The notes beneath the pieces were generated by a model. That model had not been told where the DNA came from. It was given only the letters and a program-made list of their open reading frames with translations, and did no database searches. The translations under genes and the position numbers were made by a program. Positions 9,920 to 20,176 of a DNA stretch of 64,000 nucleotides are shown piece after piece (position 1 is the stretch's first letter; every line of letters starts with the position of its first letter). Location of the stretch: positions 32,001 to 96,000 of the forward strand of contig CAXGUD010000002.1 of NCBI GenBank assembly GCA_964012805.1, in the 5' to 3' direction. Source of the DNA: an uncultured Bacteriovoracaceae bacterium (GTDB lineage: Bacteria; Bdellovibrionota; Bacteriovoracia; Bacteriovoracales; Bacteriovoracaceae).

Positions 9920-10321
9920 TCAAAGAAATTTAGATGAATGGGGATCTAAAATCTTCATGCATATTTTATACAGTTTGAGTATATTGTAGGGTTTCATTAT
10001 CCAATAATTAACCCCTGCTTTCTTTCCTCTTTCCTTCTCATCGCCGCTCCAATTTGCTGTGATCATTATGAATTTAGTGTCATTATTGAGAAAGACATTT
10101 TTGTCGTCGAAAAACTCAACCATATCCACACCACTAAGGTAGGGCATATTATTGTCTGTAATAACTAAGTCATACTTTGTGTTCATAATTTTAAAAAGAC
10201 CTTCAGATCCATCTTTTGCGGAGTCAACGTCATACGTATCCTCAAACATATCAACAAGACCTCTTCTTGTTGGTTCATGATCCTCAATCACAATAATCTT
10301 CTTCTTAGCTAGACTTTCCAA
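9920..10321 (-). CDS. Single-domain response regulator (CheY-like)
   Basis: VIEDH, ITDNNMP phospho-Asp, MITA, KPY. Confidence 0.85.
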   Translation of the reverse strand: MESLAKKKIIVIEDHEPTRRGLVDMFEDTYDVDSAKDGSEGLFKIMNTKYDLVITDNNMPYLSGVDMVEFFDDKNVFLNNDTKFIMITANWSGDEKERGKKAGVNYWIMKPYNILKLYKICMKILDPHSSKFL

Positions 10322-10591
10322 TTTTTTCCACCTCTTACATCCTTATATTAAAGAATATAAGTGATTCCACACTTCCTAACCTTTATTTCACCTTACCTTT
10401 TCGGATCAAAGCGTAACATTAATTAAAATGGACACTTATAGACCTTTCCTAAATCCAAACCTAGGATAGGTTTAGGTTAAATTTATAAGTTATTGAATAT
10501 TTGTAAAAGAAGCTTCTCTCAAAAAGCCTTCCTTGGAAAAGTTCAACACTAAAATTGTTTCAGGCCTTAATCTTTAATTAGGAGGGCTTTT

Positions 10592-10735
10592 ATGGAAAAG
10601 AAAAGTGGAGTTGAAGTTAAAAAAAGAGGTCAAACACTTGATTTTTTAATCGAAGGCTTAAAGATCTCACTATTAACCTTGGTAGGAATGAGTGGCTTTG
10701 CGAGCTTGATGATTTATTTTACAATAGGTTGGTAA
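10592..10735 (+). CDS. 47-aa small membrane protein (not in ORF track)
   Basis: AGGAGG SD; MEKKSGVEVKKRGQTLDFLIEGLKISLLTLVGMSGFASLMIYFTIGW. Confidence 0.55.
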   Translation: MEKKSGVEVKKRGQTLDFLIEGLKISLLTLVGMSGFASLMIYFTIGW

Positions 10736-10738
10736 TTT

Positions 10739-10918
10739 ATGGATATTAAAAAAAAGGGCTTAAAACCTGTAAACAAAGAGGCAAAAAAGAGTGAGGAATC
10801 CTTAAAGAACATTGAAACTTTTATTGTATTGGTTTCTCTCTCTGCCACAATCTTTATTTCATTTTTTATCCAAGACACCAAACTCATGTTTTTCCTCACA
10901 CAAGTTTTTGGTGGGTAG
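10739..10918 (+). CDS. 59-aa small membrane protein (not in ORF track)
   Basis: Starts 3 nt after the previous stop; basic N-terminus then hydrophobic helix TFIVLVSLSATIFISFFI. Confidence 0.5.
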   Translation: MDIKKKGLKPVNKEAKKSEESLKNIETFIVLVSLSATIFISFFIQDTKLMFFLTQVFGG

Positions 10919-11280
10919 ATATTTAAAAGGGCTTTTAATAATAAAAGAATTTTCAAAAAAAGCTTTTATTAGATATAGCTCACGAGAAGGATCATCAACT
11001 TGAATCCCTTAGGACTGAGGTTAGAAGGATTGTTTTTTAATTGATGAGGAATCATCTTTTTATTTATTTTTCTTTTAATTTAGTTTTTTTACAGGCTTTC
11101 AAAAATTGTCCTTTCTTTTTATATCCTGATTAGTTCAAATAACTTCTTTTTACTTAACAATAATCTCTATTTAATAATGAAAAAAAGGGGGCCGAATTAA
11201 GAAATAAAATTTATTGAATAATAAAGAAAAGCCGTATTTTTAACGCTACTAACCTCTCCTTTTCGAAATACCTTGGATAA

Positions 11281-12267
11281 ATGAAGTCCATGAACTACCT
11301 TTCTCTGCCTTTTTATTTTTTTATAGGTGCCATCTTGGCCGAGTTTTATTTTTCGCTTTCTTTAAAGATTCACTCTTACCCCTGGAAAGAAACCCTTTCA
11401 AATCTCTCCCACGGTCTTTTACAGCTTGTTTTTAATATTATTCTTAAGGGCCCTCTCATTTTTGTTTATGGATTTTGTTACGAGCACTTTTCTCTCTTTA
11501 ACCTTTCCTCTTCTTTTTTTGAGATAGTATTCCTTCTCATCTTAATTGACTTTACCTACTACTGGTTTCATAGGTTGTCACATCAAAGCTCTTTTTTTTG
11601 GGCAAATCATATTATCCACCACCAACCCAAATCGTTTAATTTTTCTGTTGGCCTGAGACCTCCCCTGTTTAATGAAATATTTTCTTTTTTTATTCATTTA
11701 CCGGCGGCTTTTTTAGGTTTTTCTCCGGAAACATACATAATTGTTTTTATTGCTCATACTTCTTATCAGTTCACCAATCATACAAAATTCTTCAAAAAGC
11801 CGGTTCCATTTTTCAAATGGATTTTTGTTACGCCCTCTCATCATAGAGTCCACCACGGCCAGAATGATCGCTATATTAATAAGAACTTTGGGGCCCTTTT
11901 TTCCTTTTGGGATGTGCTTTTTAAAACTTATCAAAATGAAGATGAAAAAGTCATTTATGGGATTAAAAATGAAACTTGTGAAGACTTAAACCCTTTTACA
12001 TCGAACCTTAGACCTATTTTCCGTCACTTTGGCCTAAAAACGACCTTCAAAAGACCTCTTTGGTTAGACTCTTTTTACAACAAGCTACCGTGGTCGAAAT
12101 TTTGGGCCATCTTTCTGGTGACCCTTTCTCTTGTTTTGACTTTTTTCTTTCTCAGAATTCATGACAATCTTTCATGGCCTTTAAAGTATTTAATCATAGG
12201 ATACCTTTTCCTGCTAAACCTTGTTATAGGAATGCTTCTCAACACTCACTCTTTTTCCAAACCATGA
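11281..12267 (+). CDS. Sterol desaturase / fatty acid hydroxylase family (alkylglycerol monooxygenase-like)
   Basis: His boxes YYWFHRLSH, HIIHH, TPSHHRVHHG; NFGALFSFWD; multiple TM segments. Confidence 0.88.
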   Translation: MKSMNYLSLPFYFFIGAILAEFYFSLSLKIHSYPWKETLSNLSHGLLQLVFNIILKGPLIFVYGFCYEHFSLFNLSSSFFEIVFLLILIDFTYYWFHRLSHQSSFFWANHIIHHQPKSFNFSVGLRPPLFNEIFSFFIHLPAAFLGFSPETYIIVFIAHTSYQFTNHTKFFKKPVPFFKWIFVTPSHHRVHHGQNDRYINKNFGALFSFWDVLFKTYQNEDEKVIYGIKNETCEDLNPFTSNLRPIFRHFGLKTTFKRPLWLDSFYNKLPWSKFWAIFLVTLSLVLTFFFLRIHDNLSWPLKYLIIGYLFLLNLVIGMLLNTHSFSKP

Positions 12268-12346
12268 AAAAATGAAGGAGTTGGCGAAAGGATAAGTCCA
12301 TAAATTTAAATAGAAATGAACATCAGATATTTAGAGGTTTAAGATC

Positions 12347-12709
12347 TTACTCGAACTTTATGCTCCTAATTGTATTTTGCATTTTTATAAGCTCTTCCAA
12401 AATAAACTCTTCAGATGGCCTGTCTTTTTCTTTCGCAATTTGGTCTAATTTTTTTTCAGCAAAACCAACCCATTCTTGATTATCAGTATGTTTGGCCCAG
12501 ATAGAGAATTCCTCAATGAACTCCTCTACTTGCTTTGTCCGCCAAGCGGGTTTTTCCTTTTTAAAAAACCTGGTAAACATACCAATACTATCGGAGAACA
12601 TTGCGCGCATCTTTATTGCTCCTTTTTGACCTTTAGCTAATTTTAACACCTTCCACCCCTTTTCATTCATATCCAATGCCTTAAAAAGGTTGAACAAGAC
12701 TTGAACCAC
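12347..12709 (-). CDS. Hypothetical protein (start uncertain)
   Basis: 120-aa ORF in an otherwise empty gap; no motif recognised. Confidence 0.5.
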   Translation of the reverse strand: MVQVLFNLFKALDMNEKGWKVLKLAKGQKGAIKMRAMFSDSIGMFTRFFKKEKPAWRTKQVEEFIEEFSIWAKHTDNQEWVGFAEKKLDQIAKEKDRPSEEFILEELIKMQNTIRSIKFE

Positions 12710-12900
12710 ATTTATTTCCTAATAACTTCAAGGTTTTATAATGTTCAATTCATTAAATTTTTAAGGACTTAAAGTTCTAATTTCGGATTTTATAAATATT
12801 CCTTAAATTTTCAGGCCAAAAGATGTACTTTCTTTAACTTTTTTCTTTTCGCTATCATAAGTATTTATTAAGATGGCCACTCGAATATAAAGGAGTATTT

Positions 12901-13659
12901 ATGAGAGGAACTAACTTTCAAGCCCCCTTAGAACTAAAAATTGAAATTGATGGGGAAAAATGGCGTCAAAAAGACGGACTAAAGGGGACGCTCTGCCTTA
13001 AAAACCATGGTAAAGAACCTCTTCCTTTGGATTCATATGGAGTTCACCTCTCCTGGGGTCATTCTAAAAAAATTAAAGTGAAGGACGAGAAGTCTTTTGA
13101 AAATAAAATGTCCACTCTTTTTGGGCCTGGGCTAACTCTTTCGCCCGGAGAAGAAAAAGAACTTGAATGGAGTTTTCAATTAGAAGAAGATTGTCCTATC
13201 AGTGACAAGACGGGAAGCTATTACATTCTTTATGGGAAAAAGGATGAGGTTTGGAATAGTGGCCAACTCCAAATCCTTGTTGAGCCTAGACCTATACTCG
13301 ATTCGTTCTTAGAAATATTTGTTAACTTTTACCGCTTTAAGGTAAAGGAAAAAAAGAATAAAAATGGTTTTATTGAAGTTAAACTACTTCCACCAAATGC
13401 AAAAGAATTTTTAAGCATGGACAACCTCCTTTGCCAAATGAGAATAAGAGAGACACTCCTGGAAATAAAATACATCTTCAATGTCAAAAAAATGGCCTAT
13501 GGTAGCGAAGGCGTTAAATTAGAGAAAAGAAAAATTGAAATAAAAGAAAAGTTAAACCCTAAAGAATACTACCTTTTTAAAGAAGCTCCAAACCAGGAAG
13601 TTTTAAGATCTAAAATTGAAGCTGTACTAGATCAGGTAAAAAGTAAAATTAATTTTTAA
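12901..13659 (+). CDS. Hypothetical protein with possible Ig/arrestin-like N-terminal beta domain
   Basis: AAGGAG SD; 252 aa; beta-strand pattern (LKGTLCLKN...[15 protein letters not shown]). Confidence 0.7.
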   Translation: MRGTNFQAPLELKIEIDGEKWRQKDGLKGTLCLKNHGKEPLPLDSYGVHLSWGHSKKIKVKDEKSFENKMSTLFGPGLTLSPGEEKELEWSFQLEEDCPISDKTGSYYILYGKKDEVWNSGQLQILVEPRPILDSFLEIFVNFYRFKVKEKKNKNGFIEVKLLPPNAKEFLSMDNLLCQMRIRETLLEIKYIFNVKKMAYGSEGVKLEKRKIEIKEKLNPKEYYLFKEAPNQEVLRSKIEAVLDQVKSKINF

Positions 13660-13668
13660 AGTAAAAGA

Positions 13669-14040
13669 TCAAGAGGCTTCTTTTTTAATGATTTTATAGA
13701 CATCTACTTTGCTTGCTGGCTTCTCTAATAAAAAAACTTTTGGAAGCTCTCTTAGCTCACCGACATCCTTTAAAAAACCACTTACAATGATGGCAGGTGT
13801 TTCCTGGTTTTTAAATTCACTCTTTCTTAAAAAGGTAACTATATCGACACCATTTTTTAACGGTAAGTTCAAGTCGACAATAACAACCATAAATTTTTCT
13901 TTTAAAAGCTCTGTTGCCCCATGAAGGCCATTAGATGTCTTTACAACTGAGTAACCATCGGACTCAAACCAACTTTCATAGATATCAGATATATCTGGAT
14001 CGTCTTCAATAATAAGTATTTTTTTGCCCTCAGATTCCAT
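13669..14040 (-). CDS. Single-domain response regulator
   Basis: IIEDD, IVDLNLP, IVSG, EKP. Confidence 0.85.
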   Translation of the reverse strand: MESEGKKILIIEDDPDISDIYESWFESDGYSVVKTSNGLHGATELLKEKFMVVIVDLNLPLKNGVDIVTFLRKSEFKNQETPAIIVSGFLKDVGELRELPKVFLLEKPASKVDVYKIIKKEAS

Positions 14041-14212
14041 AAAATTCCTTTTTTCTACTTTGTAAATTTTTATTAAGAAGAAATGTAAAACTACCTTTTC
14101 CTATCGGTAACCACTATTATTTCATTACAAAAAAATAAAATCTCTTTTCCTGACCCCGTTACTCAAGTTTTTTAAAAATAAAACCGATGATTATCCAATA
14201 GTTATTTTTATA

Positions 14213-16510
14213 ATGGAAAATCAGGAAAGTTCTATGGAAAAATCAAAGACTTCTATCGCTAAAAAAATGATTCTTTGGATAGTAGGATCAAGTATAGGAA
14301 TTGCTGCCCTCATTTCCGCGGTCTATTTATATGACGACTATCAAAAAAAGTTAAAAGCAGTTGAGAGGCAGCTTATAAAAATAGAAGAAAGTGTTGAAAA
14401 AAGTCTTTCATCAGATCTTTATGCTGAAAACGAAGAAAATGCCAGGTTACAACTTGAAGGGGTTTTAAAGCAACCTGATATGGTTCAAGTTCAAATATGG
14501 AACATTGATGACATAGACCCGATGATATCCCTCGTAAATAAAGAGTTTGAAGACCTTCACCCTATGACGAGAAGGGCCCTTGGTATTCATAAAATTGTTC
14601 CCATTTTTGCTCTTGACGGAGATGGAAATCTAACAAAAGAAAAAATTGCAGATATGCACCTAACGGTTTCACTTGGAGGTGCAAAAAAGAAAATTAGAGA
14701 CCAAATAATTCTTTTTGGACTTATACAATTAATCCAAGTTTCCTTAATTTCCCTTATTATTTGGTTTATCTTTAAAAAGCTTGTATCACGTCACTTATCC
14801 CATATGGCAGCCTATGCAGACGCTATGGATTTAAATGACCTCTCTGGAGATGGACTTAAATTAAATAGAAAGGAATCAAATAAACTTGATGAGCTAGATA
14901 ACCTAGTCATCTCATTTAACGATATGAGAACGAACCTTAAAGAGGCCCATGCGGCCCTTAGTGACTATGCTGTTAACCTTGAGAAAAAGGTTGCAGAGAG
15001 GACTAAGGAAATTGAAGAAGAAAGAGAAAAAGTAGCAGGCCTCCTTAATAATATGAGACAGGCTGTTTTCTCAATTGACAGGTCACAAAAAGTTGTAGCA
15101 CCAGTATCAAGTTTTTCTAAGAATGTTTTTGGCTCTGAGATTGAGGGGACAGATATTTTCGACACTATTTACAAAGACCTTGACAGACAGAGTGAAGAAT
15201 ATTCCCAACTTCACTCTGCCCTTAATACCGTCTTTGGAGAAGATGATCTCCAGTATGACCTAATGGAAGACTATTTTATTCAAAAAGCTAAATACAAAGA
15301 AAGTGAAGAGGATCAGGAAAGCAAAGTCCTTCAATTCAGCTATAACCCAATGTTTGATAATAAAGAAGAGTTGGACAAGGTTATGTTTATTGTTGAGGAT
15401 GTTACTGAACTTGAGAAATTAGCAGCCGAGAAAGCTGCTAAAGACAAAGAGATTGCCACAATAAATGAAATCGCTTCGAACAAAATTGATGATGTAAAAG
15501 CTTTCATTTTAAGTGCAGACTCTTACATTAAAAACTCAATACAACCTCTTGAAGACTTTAAAAGTGATCAGTCTAAAGCCGGAGGGCTTGGGGAAATTTT
15601 TAGAAATTTGCACACTTTAAAAGGAAATTCAAGAATCTTCAACCTAGGTAACATATCACAAACAACTCATATTGTTGAAAACGACCTTGTTCAAATGATT
15701 GAAGAAGTCAAAGAAGGAAAAGAGATTAATCACGATAGGATCAAAGGCCTTTTTGAAGGCTTTAATGATATTGAACAGTCTATAGCTGTCTACCTAGAAA
15801 TTGGAAAAAGGATTTTTAGCTTTGGAAGTGCTGATGAAATAACTATCTCTAAAAAGCAGATTGAAGAGATACAAGGCTTAATTGAAAACGTTAAAACAAA
15901 CCAAGATGAATTAAAACAGGCCTCTTATTGTATAAAAAAGATTATTTTCAATAGCTTCATAGAAGAATGTGGAAAATTTAAAAAGATGGTGCAGGAAATC
16001 GCTGGAAAACTAGATAAAAAAGCAGAATTTAATATTTCTGGAGAAGACATATTTCTAGACAATACGAAGCTAGACCTCATTTTTGATGCACTAACTCATA
16101 TTTTAAGAAATTCAATTGACCATGGTATTGAAACGATGGAGAAGAGAAAAGAAAAGTCCAAATCAGAACATGGTACAATTTCTATAAAAACCAAAGAAGA
16201 AGGTGATCAATTTGAAATTTTTATTGTCGATGATGGAAATGGTATTGACGGTGAAAGGGTAATGAGTTCAGCTGTTAAAAAAGGTGCCCTGGCAAAAGAA
16301 AAAGCAGATGCCATGAGCGATGAGGATAAAGTGAACCTAATTTTTCTTCCTAATCTTTCTACTGCTGACTCAGTAAGTGATATTTCTGGGCGTGGGGTTG
16401 GGATGGATGTTGTTAAAAGCAATATTGAAAAGATGGGTGGAAGCATCAGGGTAAGCTCAATACTAGGAACGGGGACTATTTTTAAAATTTCTTTTCCAAC
16501 GGCCGCTTAA
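14213..16510 (+). CDS. Membrane-anchored CheA-like histidine kinase (TM-HAMP-PAS-like-Hpt-HATPase, no CheW domain)
   Basis: Two TM helices; HAMP (DELDNLVISFNDM); Hpt FRNLHTLKGNSR; HILRNSIDHGIE, DDGNGID, SGRGVGMDVVK. Confidence 0.9.
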   Translation: MENQESSMEKSKTSIAKKMILWIVGSSIGIAALISAVYLYDDYQKKLKAVERQLIKIEESVEKSLSSDLYAENEENARLQLEGVLKQPDMVQVQIWNIDDIDPMISLVNKEFEDLHPMTRRALGIHKIVPIFALDGDGNLTKEKIADMHLTVSLGGAKKKIRDQIILFGLIQLIQVSLISLIIWFIFKKLVSRHLSHMAAYADAMDLNDLSGDGLKLNRKESNKLDELDNLVISFNDMRTNLKEAHAALSDYAVNLEKKVAERTKEIEEEREKVAGLLNNMRQAVFSIDRSQKVVAPVSSFSKNVFGSEIEGTDIFDTIYKDLDRQSEEYSQLHSALNTVFGEDDLQYDLMEDYFIQKAKYKESEEDQESKVLQFSYNPMFDNKEELDKVMFIVEDVTELEKLAAEKAAKDKEIATINEIASNKIDDVKAFILSADSYIKNSIQPLEDFKSDQSKAGGLGEIFRNLHTLKGNSRIFNLGNISQTTHIVENDLVQMIEEVKEGKEINHDRIKGLFEGFNDIEQSIAVYLEIGKRIFSFGSADEITISKKQIEEIQGLIENVKTNQDELKQASYCIKKIIFNSFIEECGKFKKMVQEIAGKLDKKAEFNISGEDIFLDNTKLDLIFDALTHILRNSIDHGIETMEKRKEKSKSEHGTISIKTKEEGDQFEIFIVDDGNGIDGERVMSSAVKKGALAKEKADAMSDEDKVNLIFLPNLSTADSVSDISGRGVGMDVVKSNIEKMGGSIRVSSILGTGTIFKISFPTAA

Positions 16511-16532
16511 AGGAAAAGCTAAAGGCCTTTAT

Positions 16533-16868
16533 TTAAAGTTCTTTAGGTTTTAGAAAAACAAAGTAGCTCACTATTTTATTGCCACTCTTTCTGATCAAGT
16601 AAACTTCAGAGTGGTCCTTAAGTACGTCTTTAGCAATCCCCTTAATCATCGAAGGCCCTTCTTCTGCGCTATGAGGGACACTAAAGTCCTTATTATCAAT
16701 ATAAACACCAACTATTTCTCGATAATACTTCTTTATAACATCAAACTCTTCTTCATTGACCATATTGACAGTAAAGTTTTCAGCTGAAGAGAGCCTGGCA
16801 AGCTTTGGACACTCTGCATCCATACTTTCTGCTGTCGCTTCGCCGGACTTTTTCTTTTCGGCAGTCAT
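16533..16868 (-). CDS. Hypothetical protein
   Basis: GAGGAG SD upstream; 111-aa ORF. Confidence 0.65.
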   Translation of the reverse strand: MTAEKKKSGEATAESMDAECPKLARLSSAENFTVNMVNEEEFDVIKKYYREIVGVYIDNKDFSVPHSAEEGPSMIKGIAKDVLKDHSEVYLIRKSGNKIVSYFVFLKPKEL

Positions 16869-16983
16869 CCAATAACTCCTCAGTCTAAAACCAATTCTTC
16901 TTTTTTACTTCTTTAATACTATTATTCCACAAGTCTTGCCCAGTATCATCAAAAGGTTTAATTTTTTTTAGCCGAAAGAAGTT

Positions 16984-19011
16984 TTAAATTTTTAATGCTA
17001 AAAGAGTCGCTTCTTTTATGGCACCCTTAGCATCTAGCTCCTTTGCTTCATTGGCCCCTCCCACAAGGTGAACATTTACCCCAGCTTCTTCTAGTTCAGG
17101 AAAAAGGTTCCTCTTAGGAGTTTGACCTGAGCAAATAATTACATGATCAACCTCCAAAGTTTTTTCCTTGCCATTATGAACAATCAAGAGCCCTTGATCG
17201 CTAATTTCCTTGTATTCAACACCAGCTAGCATATGAACCCCATCTTTTTTAAGTGCCAACCGATGGGCCCATCCAGTCGTTTTACCAAGGCCTGCTCCCA
17301 ACTTACTTGTTTTCCTCTGGCACAGATAAATCGTTCGAAAAGGTTCTTCTTCCTCAATCTTTTCTAATAAACCTCCAGGCCTGGCCTGAGTTGTATCGAC
17401 TCCCCATTTTTTGAAATACTCTTTTTTATCCAGACCGGCTGAAACCTTCGCAGGGTCCTGAAGCAGAAATTCACTTACGTCAAAACCAATTCCTCCGGCA
17501 CCAATAACAGCAACCTTCTTACCAACCTCAACACCTTTTTTTAAAACGTCTGTGTATAAAAGGACCTTTGGATGACCAATTCCCTTAATTTTGGGAACTC
17601 TCGGATTAACCCCTGTCGCTAAAATAACTTCGTCATACTCTCCAAGGAGAAGATCATTTGTTTCAACACGAGTTCCAAGCTTTAATTGAACTCCCCACTT
17701 TTTCATCATTTCACCATAATAGCGTAGGGTTTCCTCAAACTCTTCTTTACCAGGTATCTTTTTGGCCATATTAAATTGGCCTCCAATATTTTTTTCTGAC
17801 TCATAAAGAGTTACTTTATGACCCCGCCTAGCAGCTGCAAAAGAAAAGGCAAGCCCTGCCGGACCTGCACCAACAACTGCTATTTGCTTTACCTTTTCGA
17901 CTTTTTTCTCTTCATAAAAAGTTTCATGGCAGGCCATAGGGTTTACAAGGCAAGAACTAACTTTACCTTTAAAAGTATGGTCGAGGCACGCCTGATTACA
18001 GGCTATACAAACATTAATTTCATTTTCTCTTTGTTCAGAAGCTTTATTAACAAATTCGCTATCTGCGAGAAGCGGTCTGGCCAGGGAAACAAGGTCTGAA
18101 AAGCCATTTTGCAGGACCTCTTCGGCTTTAGCAGGCGTATTGATTCTATTAACGGCAATAACAGGAATGCTTACTACACTTTTGATTTCCTTTGAACACT
18201 CTGCAAAAGCTGCTCGCGGAACCCTCGTAGCGATCGTTGGCACACGAGATTCATGCCATCCAATCCCAGAGTTAATTATTGTGGCCCCATGGGACTCAAC
18301 CTTCTTGGCCAATTCTTTTATTTCATCCCAATGACTTCCATCTTCTACTAAATCTAAAATGGATAGCCGGTAAATAATAATAAAGTCTTCACCTACCCTC
18401 TCCCTCATTCTTTTTAAAATCTCCAGGGGAAGCCTTATTCTATTTTCATAAGAACCACCCCACTGGTCTTTTCTCTTATTTGTCCTCTTAGCAATAAACT
18501 CATTGATCAGATAACCTTCAGACCCCATAACCTCAACACCGTCATACCCAGCTTCTTTTGCTAATACAGCACACTGAACAAAGTCGTTGATAGTCCTCTC
18601 AATCCCCTTTTCGCTCAAGGCCCTCGGTTTAAACAAACCAATAGGTGCTTTAATTGCTGATGGTGCCACATTAAAAGGGTGGTATGCATACCGACCAGCA
18701 TGAAGGATTTGAAGAGCGATTTTACCTCCCTCTTCATGAACAGCTTTAGTTATTTTTTTATGATTTTTAATTTGCCAGCGAAAACTTAATTGGGAAGCAA
18801 AAGGACTTACCCTCCCCTCAAAATTTGGCGCAAAACCACCCGTTATAATTAGGCCTACGCCCCCTCGGGCCCTATCACGGTAATAAGTTGCCATTCGATC
18901 AAAACCGTTCTTGACCTCTTCAAGACCTGTATGCATCGACCCCATAACAACTCTATTATTAAGCTTAGTGAAACCCAAATCCAGTTCTTCCAGCATATGT
19001 GGAAAAGGCAT
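16984..19011 (-). CDS. fadH: NADPH-dependent 2,4-dienoyl-CoA reductase
   Basis: MGSMHTGLEE, MGSEGYLINEF, GIGWHE.RVPTIAT, CIACNQAC 4Fe-4S motif, two Rossmann GxGxxG motifs. Confidence 0.96.
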   Translation of the reverse strand: MPFPHMLEELDLGFTKLNNRVVMGSMHTGLEEVKNGFDRMATYYRDRARGGVGLIITGGFAPNFEGRVSPFASQLSFRWQIKNHKKITKAVHEEGGKIALQILHAGRYAYHPFNVAPSAIKAPIGLFKPRALSEKGIERTINDFVQCAVLAKEAGYDGVEVMGSEGYLINEFIAKRTNKRKDQWGGSYENRIRLPLEILKRMRERVGEDFIIIYRLSILDLVEDGSHWDEIKELAKKVESHGATIINSGIGWHESRVPTIATRVPRAAFAECSKEIKSVVSIPVIAVNRINTPAKAEEVLQNGFSDLVSLARPLLADSEFVNKASEQRENEINVCIACNQACLDHTFKGKVSSCLVNPMACHETFYEEKKVEKVKQIAVVGAGPAGLAFSFAAARRGHKVTLYESEKNIGGQFNMAKKIPGKEEFEETLRYYGEMMKKWGVQLKLGTRVETNDLLLGEYDEVILATGVNPRVPKIKGIGHPKVLLYTDVLKKGVEVGKKVAVIGAGGIGFDVSEFLLQDPAKVSAGLDKKEYFKKWGVDTTQARPGGLLEKIEEEEPFRTIYLCQRKTSKLGAGLGKTTGWAHRLALKKDGVHMLAGVEYKEISDQGLLIVHNGKEKTLEVDHVIICSGQTPKRNLFPELEEAGVNVHLVGGANEAKELDAKGAIKEATLLALKI

Positions 19012-19197
19012 AAGAAAGCTCCTTTAAATTAAAAGTAATCACCCAAGTTAACCCAACCTCATCATCTTAACTATTTTATACCTATTCTATTCCCATTTCC
19101 CAACTTTTTGCCACTTTAGAAAGGAAGTGTTAAGACACGGTTAGATAAAAACTGCACTATCGATACATTTTAAAGTAGAGCATCTAAGGAGTTTCAA

Positions 19198-19824
19198 ATG
19201 TTCTTTAAAACAAAAGTACTCTATTTTTTTCTTGCCTTAGTTTCTTTAACATCCCTGACATCGTCTTATGCTCAAGACTCGAACGCCTTAAATGGGCAAT
19301 TTACCCCTACCCTTTTTAAAAAAGGTTCTTCATGGACATGGAGCTATTATGAATCAGGTGACCTCAATAAACTTTATTCAGAAGAGATGTATAAAGTTGT
19401 AAAAAGAAAAGGACAATTAGTTACTTTTGTTTTGTCTTCAAAAATTGGCAAAGAGAAAAGTTTTACCAAGAGGCATAAATTTAGGGTTGACCTTAGGGTA
19501 TGTAGTCAAAAGTGGAAGAGAAGAAACTATAACCCCTCTCTTGTAAGAAGGTTTTGGCAAAGGGTTAATAACACTTGGAAACTTGTTGAAAACTCGGGAA
19601 AATCCCTCCTTTTCGAAGAAAAATTTAACTGCAACCCAAACCTAAAGTCAAAAGTTTCATTTTATACTCACCCATGGTTTGGTGAAAACTATGTTGTCGG
19701 GCCTTCAAGAGAAGGATCTTATTATTTTAGGGAAGGAATGAAAAAAGGAATTCTTTCTCATAAATTTTTCAACAAAGGAACGCCTCATTTTTATTTAATG
19801 CTCCTTAAAAGAAGTTCCATTTAA
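19198..19824 (+). CDS. Secreted hypothetical protein
   Basis: AAGGAG SD; signal peptide ending SSYA. Confidence 0.7.
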   Translation: MFFKTKVLYFFLALVSLTSLTSSYAQDSNALNGQFTPTLFKKGSSWTWSYYESGDLNKLYSEEMYKVVKRKGQLVTFVLSSKIGKEKSFTKRHKFRVDLRVCSQKWKRRNYNPSLVRRFWQRVNNTWKLVENSGKSLLFEEKFNCNPNLKSKVSFYTHPWFGENYVVGPSREGSYYFREGMKKGILSHKFFNKGTPHFYLMLLKRSSI

Positions 19825-19893
19825 CAAAAAAAGGCCATTAAATAGTCATTTAATAAAGAAGGATCATTTATAAATTGAAATGGTCAAGGGAAA

Positions 19894-20109
19894 TTATTTC
19901 TTCTTCTTTTGAGCTTTTTCGTTCATGGCCTTCTCATATTTAGCTATTTCTTCAGGGCTTATTGAGTTTCGATCCATTTTTTTATAAGTATTCAAGGCCT
20001 TTTGTCTTTCTTCACACTTATGAGTCGCTCCATCTGACTCTATAGGCACATTTTTTCTTCCCTCTTTTACCCAGGTAATTTCTTTTTGGCAGTACTTGCA
20101 CTTTGACAT
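19894..20109 (-). CDS. Small putative zinc-binding protein
   Basis: CxxC (CKYC) and HxC (HKC); GGGGA SD. Confidence 0.7.
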   Translation of the reverse strand: MSKCKYCQKEITWVKEGRKNVPIESDGATHKCEERQKALNTYKKMDRNSISPEEIAKYEKAMNEKAQKKKK

Positions 20110-20176
20110 TTCTAATCCCCAACAAACAGTATTCTATCTACTTTCAGTTTTGATTTAAACTCCATTGCCCTAAATT

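Noticed and set aside
10714..11003. Track ORFs 10714..10956 (-) and 10812..11003 (+)
   Set aside because: They conflict with the better-supported SD-led pair at 10592..10918.
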